Translations under genes and position numbers: made by a program
Shown here: positions 1 through 9,555 of the stretch, piece by piece
Layout: each line of letters begins with the position of its first letter
Position numbering within the stretch: position 1 is the stretch's first letter
Notes under the pieces: model-generated
Seen by the model: only the letters and a program-made list of their open reading frames with translations
What the model was told of the DNA's origin: nothing
The model's database searches: none
Origin: Candidatus Spongiisociaceae bacterium
Lineage (GTDB): Bacteria > Actinomycetota > Acidimicrobiia > Spongiisociales > Spongiisociaceae
Assembly (NCBI GenBank): GCA_965262915.1
Contig: OZ253564.1
Span: forward strand, 2,784,001 to 2,848,000
Reading direction: 5' to 3'
Length of the DNA: 64,000 nt

Positions 1-1
1 G

Positions 2-226
2 GCGATCCCCGTCGCTGACCCGCGGATCAAGCGGGAACGGGTACACCTCTCGATCGACGAGGCCGGCTCCGCAGTCTCCAAGGGCTGCCCGTTTGCAGCA
101 AGATGCCCGGAGAGGATGGACGTGTGCAACTCCATACGGCCGGAACCACTCACTGTGGAACGAGATCACTGGGTTGCCTGTCATCTGTTCAGCGTCGACA
201 GCAGCCCTGGCTCGACAGCGCTCTGA
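2..226 (+). CDS. C-terminal end of oligopeptide/dipeptide ABC ATP-binding protein (partial, runs off window; not in ORF track)
   Basis: Frame 2 reads AIPVADPRIKRERV...GCPFAARCPERMDVC...HWVACHLF, the Cys-rich C-terminal domain of OppF/DppF; TGA 224-226. Confidence 0.85.
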   Translation, partial: AIPVADPRIKRERVHLSIDEAGSAVSKGCPFAARCPERMDVCNSIRPEPLTVERDHWVACHLFSVDSSPGSTAL

Positions 227-518
227 TCTCAGCCGACCCGCCGACCCGCAACGTGACCGGAGTTGATCGAGTTGTTACCGACGGTGCCACCCACATGGCG
301 TAGGGATGTCGAGCCTATGAGGTGCCAGGGGTGGGGTATCAGCGACAGAGGTGTTTGGACGTAGAGGCTTCAGCGCCAGTTCGTAGGTGGAGACTGGCAC
401 CCGTTCGCCTCGAGGAGCATCCCGAGTTCGAGGAGAACGCGAAAAGTCTCCAATCGGTCAATCCGATTCGCGAGACTAGGGTTTGCCATCCCGATCCCGA
501 GAGAAGGAGGAACTCAGG

Positions 519-2327
519 ATGAAAGCTCTTCGACATGAGAAACTGCGCCTGCGCCATACCCTGTTGATCGTGTCCGTTGTGTTTGCCATGGCGGTCGCAG
601 CGTGCGGTTCGGACGACGATGGCGAGACCGCCACAACAACCCAGGCGGCCCAGACGACGGCAGCCACCCAGGCGGCCCAGACGACCACGACGGAAGCCAT
701 GGCGATGGAAGCCGAACTCTCTGATGCTACGAGGGTTCCGACCATACGGTTCATGGGACCGTCCGCAGGATACGAATCGCCGCACTTCGAAGCCAACAAT
801 CGCATGTTCGCAGAGTGGGAAAAGCTAGGGATCACGGTCGAGACGACTTTCGTCCCCGACTGGGGAGGTTTTTCGGCAGCAGCCGAGCAGCGCGACTGGG
901 ATATGGCAGCCGCCGGATACGTCGGTAATATCTTCCGAATCGATCCTGATCAATTGCTGTCCCGGCCGCTATATGGCGAATTCGCCGGCTCCAGCAACTA
1001 CGGCGACTGGGTTTTCGACGAGTACGATTCCCTTCTCGAGGCCTCCAAGGTCGAACTCGACGTTGACGCACGACGTGAACTCGTGTGGAGACTGCAAGAG
1101 ATCCAAGCACTGGACATCCCGGTAGTTGTTTCTTATCACCCCTCCGAGGTTTACACCTGGAACAAGAATGCGTATACCAACGTCGTAGCAGGCGTCGGAA
1201 CCGGTCTGTACAACTTCTGGAACTTCGTAGGCGCCGAGCCTATAGGAGACGACAAGATCTACCGTATCGCCATCGAGGGGTTCTTCCGGTCGATCAACCC
1301 CACGGCTGCCAACGACTACGACAGCGATGTCGAGATCCACAACCTGATCTATGACAGCCTGGCCAAACCGGACCCGACCGGTGTCGTGGTTCCCTGGGCA
1401 GCCGAGAGTTGGAGCTTCCCCGAGCCTTCAGTCGTTGACGTCGTAATCCGGTCTGGAATGACCTTCACGGATGGCGAGCCCGTAACGGCCGAGGATGTGA
1501 AGTTCAGCTTCGACTATCTCAAGGAATGGGAAGTAGGTCTTTACCAGAATGCCCTGGCGCCTGTTGAGTCCGTTGATGTAGTCGACCCTCTCACCGTCAG
1601 GATCAACCTGTCCGGCCCGACCGCAACAGTGACGTCCGGCGCACTGTCACAAGTGCTGATTCTCCCGAAGCACATTTGGGAGAATGTCGTCGCCGACGAA
1701 GGACTGACCCATCCTTCTGAATGGACCGAGACCAACATGATCGGAAGCGGTTCGTACAAGTTGAAGAGCGCTTCCAGCGAGGCTGTGGAGTTGGCGAGGA
1801 ACGACGACCATTTCGACCCGCCGACGTCCGAAGGTTTTCTGACCCTCTACTTGGCGGACAACCAGGCGGTCTTCCGTGCACTCCAGGATGGGACTATCTA
1901 CTTCCATCAGGTGGCAAGCCTTACTCCGGCGGGTGCCACCCAGGCCGCTAACGAGCCCCATTTGGAACTCGGTGAGGTCGGAGGTATCACGGACCGGTGG
2001 ACTGCTTTCAGTATGAGAGACGACTCACCGTTCCAGGACTATCACCTCAGGCATGCTCTGGCCCACACGTACGACTACGCAACCACGGTCGATGTCATCC
2101 TCCAAGGCTACGGAGCCCCGGGACAGGGCACGATCGGACCTGGGAACACCTTCTGGCAAAACCCGAACATCCCGCATGAGGAGATGGATGACGGTGTGCC
2201 GCATTGGCATCAATTCGATCCTGCCAAGGCGAGGAAGATCCTGGAGGACGACGGGTACCGATGGGACGACGAAGGCAATCTCCACTACCCGGAGAACCAC
2301 GTAACACAGCTCCACTACAGTGGTTAG
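519..2327 (+). CDS. ABC transporter substrate-binding lipoprotein, family 5 (apparently circularly permuted)
   Basis: RBS AAGGAGG before ATG 519; lipobox AVAAC; Thr/Ala linker; family-5 motifs IYDSL, WAAESW, FTDGEPVTAEDVKFS. Confidence 0.9.
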   Translation: MKALRHEKLRLRHTLLIVSVVFAMAVAACGSDDDGETATTTQAAQTTAATQAAQTTTTEAMAMEAELSDATRVPTIRFMGPSAGYESPHFEANNRMFAEWEKLGITVETTFVPDWGGFSAAAEQRDWDMAAAGYVGNIFRIDPDQLLSRPLYGEFAGSSNYGDWVFDEYDSLLEASKVELDVDARRELVWRLQEIQALDIPVVVSYHPSEVYTWNKNAYTNVVAGVGTGLYNFWNFVGAEPIGDDKIYRIAIEGFFRSINPTAANDYDSDVEIHNLIYDSLAKPDPTGVVVPWAAESWSFPEPSVVDVVIRSGMTFTDGEPVTAEDVKFSFDYLKEWEVGLYQNALAPVESVDVVDPLTVRINLSGPTATVTSGALSQVLILPKHIWENVVADEGLTHPSEWTETNMIGSGSYKLKSASSEAVELARNDDHFDPPTSEGFLTLYLADNQAVFRALQDGTIYFHQVASLTPAGATQAANEPHLELGEVGGITDRWTAFSMRDDSPFQDYHLRHALAHTYDYATTVDVILQGYGAPGQGTIGPGNTFWQNPNIPHEEMDDGVPHWHQFDPAKARKILEDDGYRWDDEGNLHYPENHVTQLHYSG

Positions 2328-2340
2328 GAGCGAAGGAATT

Positions 2341-2371
2341 AAGGGTGGGGGCGATACAAGCCCCCACCCTT
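2341..2371 (+). terminator. Perfect 12-bp hairpin after SBP gene (terminator or mRNA-stabilising stem)
   Basis: AAGGGTGGGGGC-gatacaa-GCCCCCACCCTT; weak U-tail. Confidence 0.7.
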
Positions 2372-2464
2372 CTCGGTATTCGTTCGATCGAGCAAACCAC
2401 TAAGTGCTGAAGGGTTTTCATCGACGTCGGCCCACATGGCGGTTCGATGGGCGATTGAAGCGAG

Positions 2465-3778
2465 ATGATGCGAGCGGCTAGGCAGATCGTCGATGTCGAT
2501 ATCGGCGGGGCCGAACTGGGATCGGGTACGCGGTTCGCGAACGGCAGGTTGATCCTCGACCCCACCGAGGTGGCGGCGATGGTGGAAGAGGATGGGCGGA
2601 TCCGGCAAGCCCATGTTCACGTTGTGCAGCCTGGGGATGATGTGCGCCTCGTACACGTTCTCGACGTCGTGCAGCCCGTCGCCCGGATGAACGGCAGGAA
2701 CCAGGCGGTGTTCCCGGGTATTCTCACCCCACCCGAGCAAGTCGGGATGGGTCCGGTTCTGAGGATGAACGGACTCAAGGTGACCGTGCTGGGCGTGATA
2801 CCACCCGTCGATTCCTTCTTGACCCAGCAAGAAGGAATCCTCGAGATGAGCGACAGATCCGCGGATCTGTCGCCGCTCACCCGCGAACCTCACGTGGTGC
2901 TCGATCTGGCCGTAGATCCCGATATCGAGCCGATGGCAGCGGCCGAAGCCTATCGCAATGCCGCCCTGCGAGTCGCCAAGTACATCGGTGAGATGGCCGC
3001 CGACCATATCTCTGCAGGGGACATCCCCGAGGCTGTCGAACCGGTATCGGATCCGGCCCGGGACTCAGGCCGCCCCTTGCGTCTGATCCACATCTGTGAG
3101 GTATCGTCCTTTGGGCCTTTGTTCGATACGCTGATCATCGGCAGGTCGGCGCGCAATATGTTGCCGACACTCGTGTCGCTCCATGCCATGGCGGGTGGTG
3201 CGGTCGTCTCCGCCGACTACCACTACGCGGGCCAACGCAACTACACCTGTTACTACCAAGCGAATCCAGTTGAGAAAGCCGTCGTCGGTGTTTCTCCGAG
3301 TGGATCGGAGTTCCTGGGAACGGTGGTTCTTCCGGTTGGGATCGATGACACCAAGAAGCGTGCCGGGGCTGCCTTCGCGGCCCATCTTGCCGAGCTATCC
3401 GGCGCGGAGGGCGCCGTCATTACCGCGGTGGCCGGTGGCAACGCCCACCTAGACGTCATGTTCGCGGTGCGCGAGTGCGAGCGTAGGGATATCCCGACTG
3501 TTCTTTCCATCGTGGAGATGGCGGGTTCGACCGGTGCCGACCCGGGCATGGTCGACACGGTTCCGGAGGCAAATCTCATGGTGTCGACGGGCAATCGAGA
3601 GGAACTGATTGTTCTTCCCCCACCCGGTACTGTGCTGGGTGGAGCCAACCTGCTCGACGGGCCACAGGATGAGAGCGGCGGCGAGGACGCCACCGGCGAG
3701 CTACGGGTGCCGCTTCGAACGATTGTCGCTTCCAACAACGAGATGGGAGCATGGCGAATAGGAGCAACCTTGTCATGA
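2465..3778 (+). CDS. Glycine/sarcosine/betaine reductase component B alpha/beta-like subunit (GrdE/GrdI family), paralog 1
   Basis: VQPGDDVRLVHVLDVVQP, GGAVVS...YQANP, GGNAHLD, MVSTGNREE; translationally coupled to grdB-like gene (ATGA). Confidence 0.85.
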   Translation: MMRAARQIVDVDIGGAELGSGTRFANGRLILDPTEVAAMVEEDGRIRQAHVHVVQPGDDVRLVHVLDVVQPVARMNGRNQAVFPGILTPPEQVGMGPVLRMNGLKVTVLGVIPPVDSFLTQQEGILEMSDRSADLSPLTREPHVVLDLAVDPDIEPMAAAEAYRNAALRVAKYIGEMAADHISAGDIPEAVEPVSDPARDSGRPLRLIHICEVSSFGPLFDTLIIGRSARNMLPTLVSLHAMAGGAVVSADYHYAGQRNYTCYYQANPVEKAVVGVSPSGSEFLGTVVLPVGIDDTKKRAGAAFAAHLAELSGAEGAVITAVAGGNAHLDVMFAVRECERRDIPTVLSIVEMAGSTGADPGMVDTVPEANLMVSTGNREELIVLPPPGTVLGGANLLDGPQDESGGEDATGELRVPLRTIVASNNEMGAWRIGATLS

Positions 3779-5097
3779 ATGTTGCCAGGAGCGGCACGAT
3801 CAGAGTCGTTTCCTACCTGAACCAGTTCTTCGGTGGTCTCGGTGGGGAGGAGGCCGGGTCTATAGCGCCCTATGTTGCGGAAGGCGCCGTCGGATCGGCC
3901 AAGCTTCTCGAGCATCTGCTGGGCGATCGGGGAATCGTCGTGGCCACCGTGATCGCCGGGGACAACCACATGGCGGAGCACCCCGGTGCCGTTGAGAGCG
4001 TCGTCGGACTCATCCTGGACCGCCAACCGGACCTAGTGGTGGTCGGGCCGGCCTTCCAGGCCGGGCGATACGGTGTTGCTAGTGCGGGGATATGCGCGTC
4101 CCTGCACGATGCCGGTGTACCGGCCGTCACCGGGCTGCATCGTGAGAACCCCGGTGTCGATATGAACCGTTCCAAGGTTTACGCAGTGCCGGCGGACGCC
4201 AGCGCGGCGGGCATGCGGGAAGCAATGGAGAAGATGGTGCGCCTCGGTGAACGCCTGGCGCGGGGTGCCGGGATCGGTACGGCCGCCGATGAGGGGTTCA
4301 TCCCGCGCGGAATCCGGCAGAACACGTTCTCCGAGCGCAACGCCGCCGAGCGGGCGGTCGGGTCGCTCGTGCGAAAAATACGGGGTGAGCCGTTCGAGAC
4401 CGAAATACCACTCCCGGTATACCACCGGGTAACTCCCTCGTACCTGGCCTCCCCGCTGCAGGATCTGACGCTTGCCATCGTGACCGAGGCGGGCGTGGTC
4501 CCGAAGGGCAATCCCGATCGTCTCGAGTCAGCCCGCTGCGGAAAGTGGCTCACATATCCACACGATGATCTCGATGAGCTGTCGGCCGACGGCTACGAGA
4601 CCATCCACGGAGGTTTTGACAACGCCCCGATCTGCGCGGACCCGAATCGGGCGATCCCCTTGGATGTTCTTCGCGAGTTCGAGCGTGAAGGAGTGTTCGG
4701 ACGCCTGCACGAGAGGTACTACGTCACCACCGGCATGACCATGGCGATTGCCGACGCCGAGCGGATCGGCCGCGAGATCGCGGCCGATCTGATCGGGAAC
4801 CAGATCCAGGCCGCCATCCTCACCTCCACCTGAGGGACGGGAACGCGTTGCGGGGCAACGCTTGCACGCGAGATCGATGCTGCCGGGATACCCACCGTGC
4901 TCATAACTCCGATGCCCTCTGTGGCAGGCAACATCGGCGCCAACCGGATCGTGGTCGGAACTGCCATCACGCACCCGCTGGGGGCACCCGAACTGGGATA
5001 CGACCAGGAGAGGGAGCTTCGCAGGCAGATGGTGGCGCGGGCTCTGGAGGTTCTCGCCGAGCGGGTCGAAGGCCAGACGGTGCGCCAGGCTTCGTGA
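3775..5097 (+). CDS. grdB: Glycine/betaine/sarcosine reductase family selenoprotein B, Sec at in-frame TGA 4831-4833
   Basis: YLNQFFGGLGGEE, GPAFQAGRYG, VPKGNPD, HGGFD, DPNRAIPLD; frame continues through TGA as LTST-U-GTGTRCGATLAREID...GANRIV...HPLG to TGA 5097. Confidence 0.9.
4845..4861 (+). promoter_or_regulatory. Candidate bacterial SECIS element
   Basis: GCGTTGC-GGG-GCAACGC perfect hairpin with G-rich loop beginning 11 nt after the UGA. Confidence 0.75.
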
Positions 5098-5223
5098 GGT
5101 GCGCGGCGCAAGCGCAGGAGATGTGCGGGTCGGAACCCAAACCGGACTAAGCCTCCGACGATCGGTGAGAGAAGACCGGCGAGCGACCGTACAAACGGAG
5201 AGATGTCCACGTAGGGAGACAGA

Positions 5224-6516
5224 ATGAGCCGGCATGTGGCAGGACGGATTGACGGCAACGGTCTGTACCAGTCGCGCATAGCGCGCGGAGGTGACTGGTT
5301 CTTCATGGCGAGCCCGCCGGTGGACGAACATGGGCGAATTCCAGCTGAGGTCGAGGTCCCGGCGCCCTATACGCTCAGCCCGTCGGCGCATGTCCGAAAC
5401 CAGACCAAGTATGTGTTCGAGCAGTACGGCGAGTTGCTCGACGACATGGGCGCAACCTTCCAGCACGTTGCGCAGGTCGAGCAGTACATACAGTGGAAGT
5501 CCCATGCCGACGGCTATCTCGAAGTTAGCCGCGGCACCGGCTTCCTGGACTGGAACCGTCCCAGCAGCGCTCTGATGGAAACCGGCGACTTCATTCCGGA
5601 GGGAATGGTGGTGTCCCCCAGCGCATTCGGGTTCGTTCCGCGGCCGGGTCTGGAGGGCAAGGAGATCCGCTCGACGGGGCTCGCGTACGCTCGCAAGTAC
5701 CCGGAATTCGGTCCCAGCTACACCCATGAGGCTCCGTTCAGCGAAGTCGTCCTCGCCGGGCCCTACGTCTTTTGTACCATCTGGGCTTCCGACTACGAGA
5801 CGGGAGTCCATCCGGACGTGATACTCCCGGATTGGGTCTGGTGGGGCCAGGAGATCCGCAACGAGGCACTGTGGGGAATGGAGGCCCTGCGCCGGAAGCT
5901 GGAAACCGGTGGAACGTCGATAGAGAACGCGGTCCATTGCACGGTGCTGCTCAACGAGATCGAAGATCTCTACGAGCTGGACCTGGTTTGGAAAGAAGCG
6001 TTCGGTGACAGTCCGCCCGCCCGCACCGTCACACCTGTACGCGGGCTGGGTGCACCCCGCTGGGAGGGAGCCAAGCACCATGCCGAGGGCTCCATGAAGA
6101 TGGAGATCCAGTTCAGGTCGATCCGACCGGACCACGGGACCGTCAAGGAGATCATCGAGGTTGAGGGTCAACTCGGGATCGACCCCGCTGCTGTCAAGGC
6201 GGGGGATCTGCTCTGGGTCTCGAGCCAGTTCGCCGGAGGGACCAAGGGCCTCGTAACGGCCCCCGATGCGCCCAGTCAGGTTGACTTCCTTTTCCGCCGC
6301 CTGCGTGATATTTGCGAAGCAGGTGGGACGACGCTGGATCAGCTGCTTCGACTCAGGGCGTACGTCTCCGATCCGAAAGACGGGTATGCCGTCTATGACG
6401 GTCTGCGAAAGTACATCCCTAGTGACCCGCCCTGCGTTGTTGTAGCCGGGGTTCCCGGGCCATTCCAGGTGCCGGGGTGTACTGTGATGATGGATGCCGT
6501 TGCGTACGCGCCGTGA
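5224..6516 (+). CDS. RidA/YjgF family protein with three tandem domains
   Basis: Three Rid-like repeats (GGDWFFMAS..RPSSAL; AGPYVFC..VHCTVLL..PPARTV..MEI; AGDLLWVSSQ..LRLRAYV..PPCVV..DAVA). Confidence 0.8.
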   Translation: MSRHVAGRIDGNGLYQSRIARGGDWFFMASPPVDEHGRIPAEVEVPAPYTLSPSAHVRNQTKYVFEQYGELLDDMGATFQHVAQVEQYIQWKSHADGYLEVSRGTGFLDWNRPSSALMETGDFIPEGMVVSPSAFGFVPRPGLEGKEIRSTGLAYARKYPEFGPSYTHEAPFSEVVLAGPYVFCTIWASDYETGVHPDVILPDWVWWGQEIRNEALWGMEALRRKLETGGTSIENAVHCTVLLNEIEDLYELDLVWKEAFGDSPPARTVTPVRGLGAPRWEGAKHHAEGSMKMEIQFRSIRPDHGTVKEIIEVEGQLGIDPAAVKAGDLLWVSSQFAGGTKGLVTAPDAPSQVDFLFRRLRDICEAGGTTLDQLLRLRAYVSDPKDGYAVYDGLRKYIPSDPPCVVVAGVPGPFQVPGCTVMMDAVAYAP

Positions 6517-6654
6517 GATCGCGGCCCCGGTGCGGGGATTCGTAGGGCGCGGTGATCATTGGCGTATGGCGTTGGGGTACCGCGCCCCCTCCCCCGGCGC
6601 TGATTCGACGGCTTTCCCGTACGCGACCGGCTCGAGCCGCCGCGGGTCGGGCCC

Positions 6655-7641
6655 ATGACACCAAGCTACATACTGCGACGGCTCGGTTATGTAACTCTCA
6701 ATCTGTTGGTGATCGTGACGATTGCCTTCTTCCTGTTCAGGCTCGTCCCCGGCAACCCGGCCGACATCATGGTGGGTCCGCTGGCCAGCGAAGAACTGAA
6801 GCAGACGATCATCGACCGTTACGGTCTCGACGACCCGTTACCGCTCCAGTATGTGAAGTACATGCGTTCGCTGGTCACCAGTGACTTGGGCGCCTCGTTG
6901 ATGACCAACCGCCCCGTCAGAGAAGTTGTCTTCAGATCGTTCTCGAACACCTTGGTTCTCGTGCTCGGCATCTTCGTGGTCTCGTTCACGGCCGGTGGCC
7001 TCATCGGAGCACTTCTCGGCTGGAAGCGCGGTACCTGGGTTGAACGTGTCGGCGGAGCTTTGGAACTCCTGATACGAGGGGCGCCCACTTTCTTCGTGGG
7101 CGTCATCTTGATCCTGATCTTTTCGATAACCCTGGGGTGGTTGCCATCCACAGGGATGCGGAGTGGCGGCTTTGAGGAGACGAACCTGTTCCGCATCTAC
7201 ACGAGTTCCGACTTTCTCAAACATATGATCCTGCCGGTCGTCACCGGCTCCCTCTACGCGCATGTCGTACCCGCCTTGATAATGCGAAACACGATGATCC
7301 ATCTCAAGCACGCGGACTTCCTCGATCTGGCGCGGGCCAAGGGACTGTCCGAGCGAGCGGTGATGATCCGCCACGGTGTCCGGAACGCACTGATGCCCCT
7401 GATCGCCGAGGGCTCTCAATTCCTCGGCTGGGCCGTCGGCGGCCTGGTAGCGATCGAGTTCGTGTTCTCATGGCCGGGACTCGGTCGTGAGATCGTCAAC
7501 GCGCTCGACGCCCGGGATTACCCGGTCGCACAGGGTGCGTTTCTCTCCATTGCGATACTGGTGCTAGTGGTCTACTTCCTGGCTGACCTTCTGGCCAGCA
7601 TGCTTGATCCTCGTGTACGGCGCCGGTCTTCGACCGACTAG
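6655..7641 (+). CDS. Peptide ABC transporter permease (DppB/OppB-like)
   Basis: PGNPA, YGLDDPLPLQY, ARAKGLSE, EFVFSWPGLG, RDYPV. Confidence 0.93.
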   Translation: MTPSYILRRLGYVTLNLLVIVTIAFFLFRLVPGNPADIMVGPLASEELKQTIIDRYGLDDPLPLQYVKYMRSLVTSDLGASLMTNRPVREVVFRSFSNTLVLVLGIFVVSFTAGGLIGALLGWKRGTWVERVGGALELLIRGAPTFFVGVILILIFSITLGWLPSTGMRSGGFEETNLFRIYTSSDFLKHMILPVVTGSLYAHVVPALIMRNTMIHLKHADFLDLARAKGLSERAVMIRHGVRNALMPLIAEGSQFLGWAVGGLVAIEFVFSWPGLGREIVNALDARDYPVAQGAFLSIAILVLVVYFLADLLASMLDPRVRRRSSTD

Positions 7642-7654
7642 GCGGCGGCACACC

Positions 7655-8530
7655 ATGTTTTGGAAACAGATAGCGCAAGCGCTGCGGCGGGACACGATGG
7701 CGCTTGCGGCCGGGGGGATTCTGGTGTTGTTCATAGCGATGGCGCTGCTAGGTCCCGGGTTAGCCCCCTACGATCCCGAAGAGATTCTCAGGGACGAGAG
7801 CGGCGCGGCGCTCGTGCTCGAGTTCCCCTCGTTGCGCCACCCGTTCGGGACCACGGATCTGGCGCGTGACATCTTCTCCCAGATCCTCACGGGAGCCCGC
7901 CCCGTGCTCATCGTCGGCTTCTGGGCAGCCTTGCTCCCGACCGGTCTCGGGTTGTTGCTAGGGGTTCTGGCCGGCTACAAGTCCGGGGCAAGCGACACTA
8001 TCGTTTCCCGATTCGTGGAGATCGCTTACTCCCTACCGTTCGAACCGGTTGCGATCGTTCTCATTTCTCTCATCAGCCCGAGCCGATGGACCCTCATTCT
8101 GGCGATCTCGCTCCTGTACTGGCGACGTCCCACGCGCGTGATCAGGAATCAGGTATTGACGCTGCGGGACACCGCCTTCATCAAGGCTGCCCGGGTGGCA
8201 GGCGCTTCCAGCCGGCGGATCATGTTCCGGCACCTGATACCCCTCGTCCTTCCGTTGGCGTTCGTATATATTCCGGTCGCGTTCGGCAACGCCATCCTTG
8301 CCGAGGCGTCGATCAGCTTTCTAGGTTTCGGAGACCCCCAGTCCCAGAGTTGGGGATCCATCCTCCGCAAGGCCTTTGATGGCGGTGCTCTCGACCTGGG
8401 TTGGTGGTGGATGATCGCGCCGGGACTAGCCATCACAGTCGTAACCTCATCCATGTTCTTTCTCACCCGCCCGTTCGAGGAGGTTCTCAACCCTCGGCTC
8501 GCCAGGGAACTTCCCAAGGAAAAGGCATGA
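7655..8530 (+). CDS. Peptide ABC transporter permease (DppC/OppC-like)
   Basis: HPFGTTDLARDIFS, AARVAGAS, EASISFLGFG, SWG. Confidence 0.93.
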   Translation: MFWKQIAQALRRDTMALAAGGILVLFIAMALLGPGLAPYDPEEILRDESGAALVLEFPSLRHPFGTTDLARDIFSQILTGARPVLIVGFWAALLPTGLGLLLGVLAGYKSGASDTIVSRFVEIAYSLPFEPVAIVLISLISPSRWTLILAISLLYWRRPTRVIRNQVLTLRDTAFIKAARVAGASSRRIMFRHLIPLVLPLAFVYIPVAFGNAILAEASISFLGFGDPQSQSWGSILRKAFDGGALDLGWWWMIAPGLAITVVTSSMFFLTRPFEEVLNPRLARELPKEKA

Positions 8531-9555
8531 ACGAGCTTCTGAGTGTGAGCGATCTCTCCATCGACTATCGAGCGGACGAAGAGTGGCGTCCTGCCGTTTC
8601 GGATGTCATGTTCACGGTCGAACGAGGGAAGATACTGGGAATAGTCGGCGAGTCCGGCTGTGGAAAGAGCACGTTGGCACGCGGGCTGATCCGGTTGTTA
8701 CCCGAGAATGGCCGGATCACAAGTGGCCGTGTGGTACTGGATGGCGTCGACCTGCTGGCCCTCACAGACTCCGATCTGCGGCGATACCGGTGGGACCGCG
8801 TGTCCATGGTGTTTCAAGGCGCCATGAACGTTCTGGATCCCGTTTTCCGGATCGGTGCCCAGATCGCCGAGGCCATCCGCTGGCACCGACCGGTCTCGAA
8901 GCGGGAGGCATGGGCGACTGCCCGGAGGCTGCTGGGACAAGTCGGGATCGAGGCGGACCGGGTAAGAAGCTATCCTCATGAGTTGAGCGGGGGAATGAAG
9001 CAGCGGGTGGGCATCGCCATGGCCATCGCTTTGGAACCTGATCTGGTGATAGCCGACGAGCCGACTACGGCCCTCGACGTGATAACGCAGGATGTCGTTC
9101 TCGGTCAGCTGATCAAGCTACAGCGATCCGCCGGCAACTCGATGATTCTGATCTCCCACGACATGGGGATCATCGTGGAGTCCTGTGACGACGTGGCGGT
9201 CATGTACGCCGGGGAGATCGTCGAGACCGGGAGTGTGGAAGATGTGTTTGCCGAGCCTGCACATCCGTACACGATCGGGCTCGTGAACGCCATCCCGAGT
9301 GCCGAAGCCGAGACCGATGCGGTCTCGATTCCGGGTCACCCACCTGCAGCAGGCGAGTGGCCGACCGGATGCCGGTTTCGTAGCAGGTGTCCCTTCGCAA
9401 CCGAAGGCTGTGAGGATCCGGTCCCATGGACTCAGCTCGATGAGAGCCACGGAGTTCGTTGCATCAGATATGCTGAACGACACGAGCTGAGGCGCCGGGG
9501 CGCCGAGCGCTCCGTCTGGGAGCGAGTAGCCGACTCGTGGGGAACATCCGCTTGA
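8527..9555 (+). CDS. Peptide ABC transporter ATP-binding protein (DppD/OppD-like)
   Basis: GESGCGKS, LSGGMKQR, ADEPTTALD, GCRFRSRCP; ATGA overlap with permease. Confidence 0.93.
   Translation: MNELLSVSDLSIDYRADEEWRPAVSDVMFTVERGKILGIVGESGCGKSTLARGLIRLLPENGRITSGRVVLDGVDLLALTDSDLRRYRWDRVSMVFQGAMNVLDPVFRIGAQIAEAIRWHRPVSKREAWATARRLLGQVGIEADRVRSYPHELSGGMKQRVGIAMAIALEPDLVIADEPTTALDVITQDVVLGQLIKLQRSAGNSMILISHDMGIIVESCDDVAVMYAGEIVETGSVEDVFAEPAHPYTIGLVNAIPSAEAETDAVSIPGHPPAAGEWPTGCRFRSRCPFATEGCEDPVPWTQLDESHGVRCIRYAERHELRRRGAERSVWERVADSWGTSA

Noticed and set aside
227-518. Possible riboswitch (e.g. glycine) upstream of the SBP; local hairpins present
   Set aside because: No recognisable conserved aptamer motifs; needs an Rfam scan
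639-690. 27-bp-period repeat ACCCAGGCGGCCCAGACGAC x2
   Set aside because: Encodes the ordinary Thr/Ala/Gln linker of a lipoprotein
4528-6171. 547-aa minus-strand ORF
   Set aside because: Antisense shadow of grdB/RidA in high-GC DNA; no motifs
8527-9555. ABC importer apparently having only one ATPase
   Set aside because: The C-terminus of the second ATPase is at 2-226
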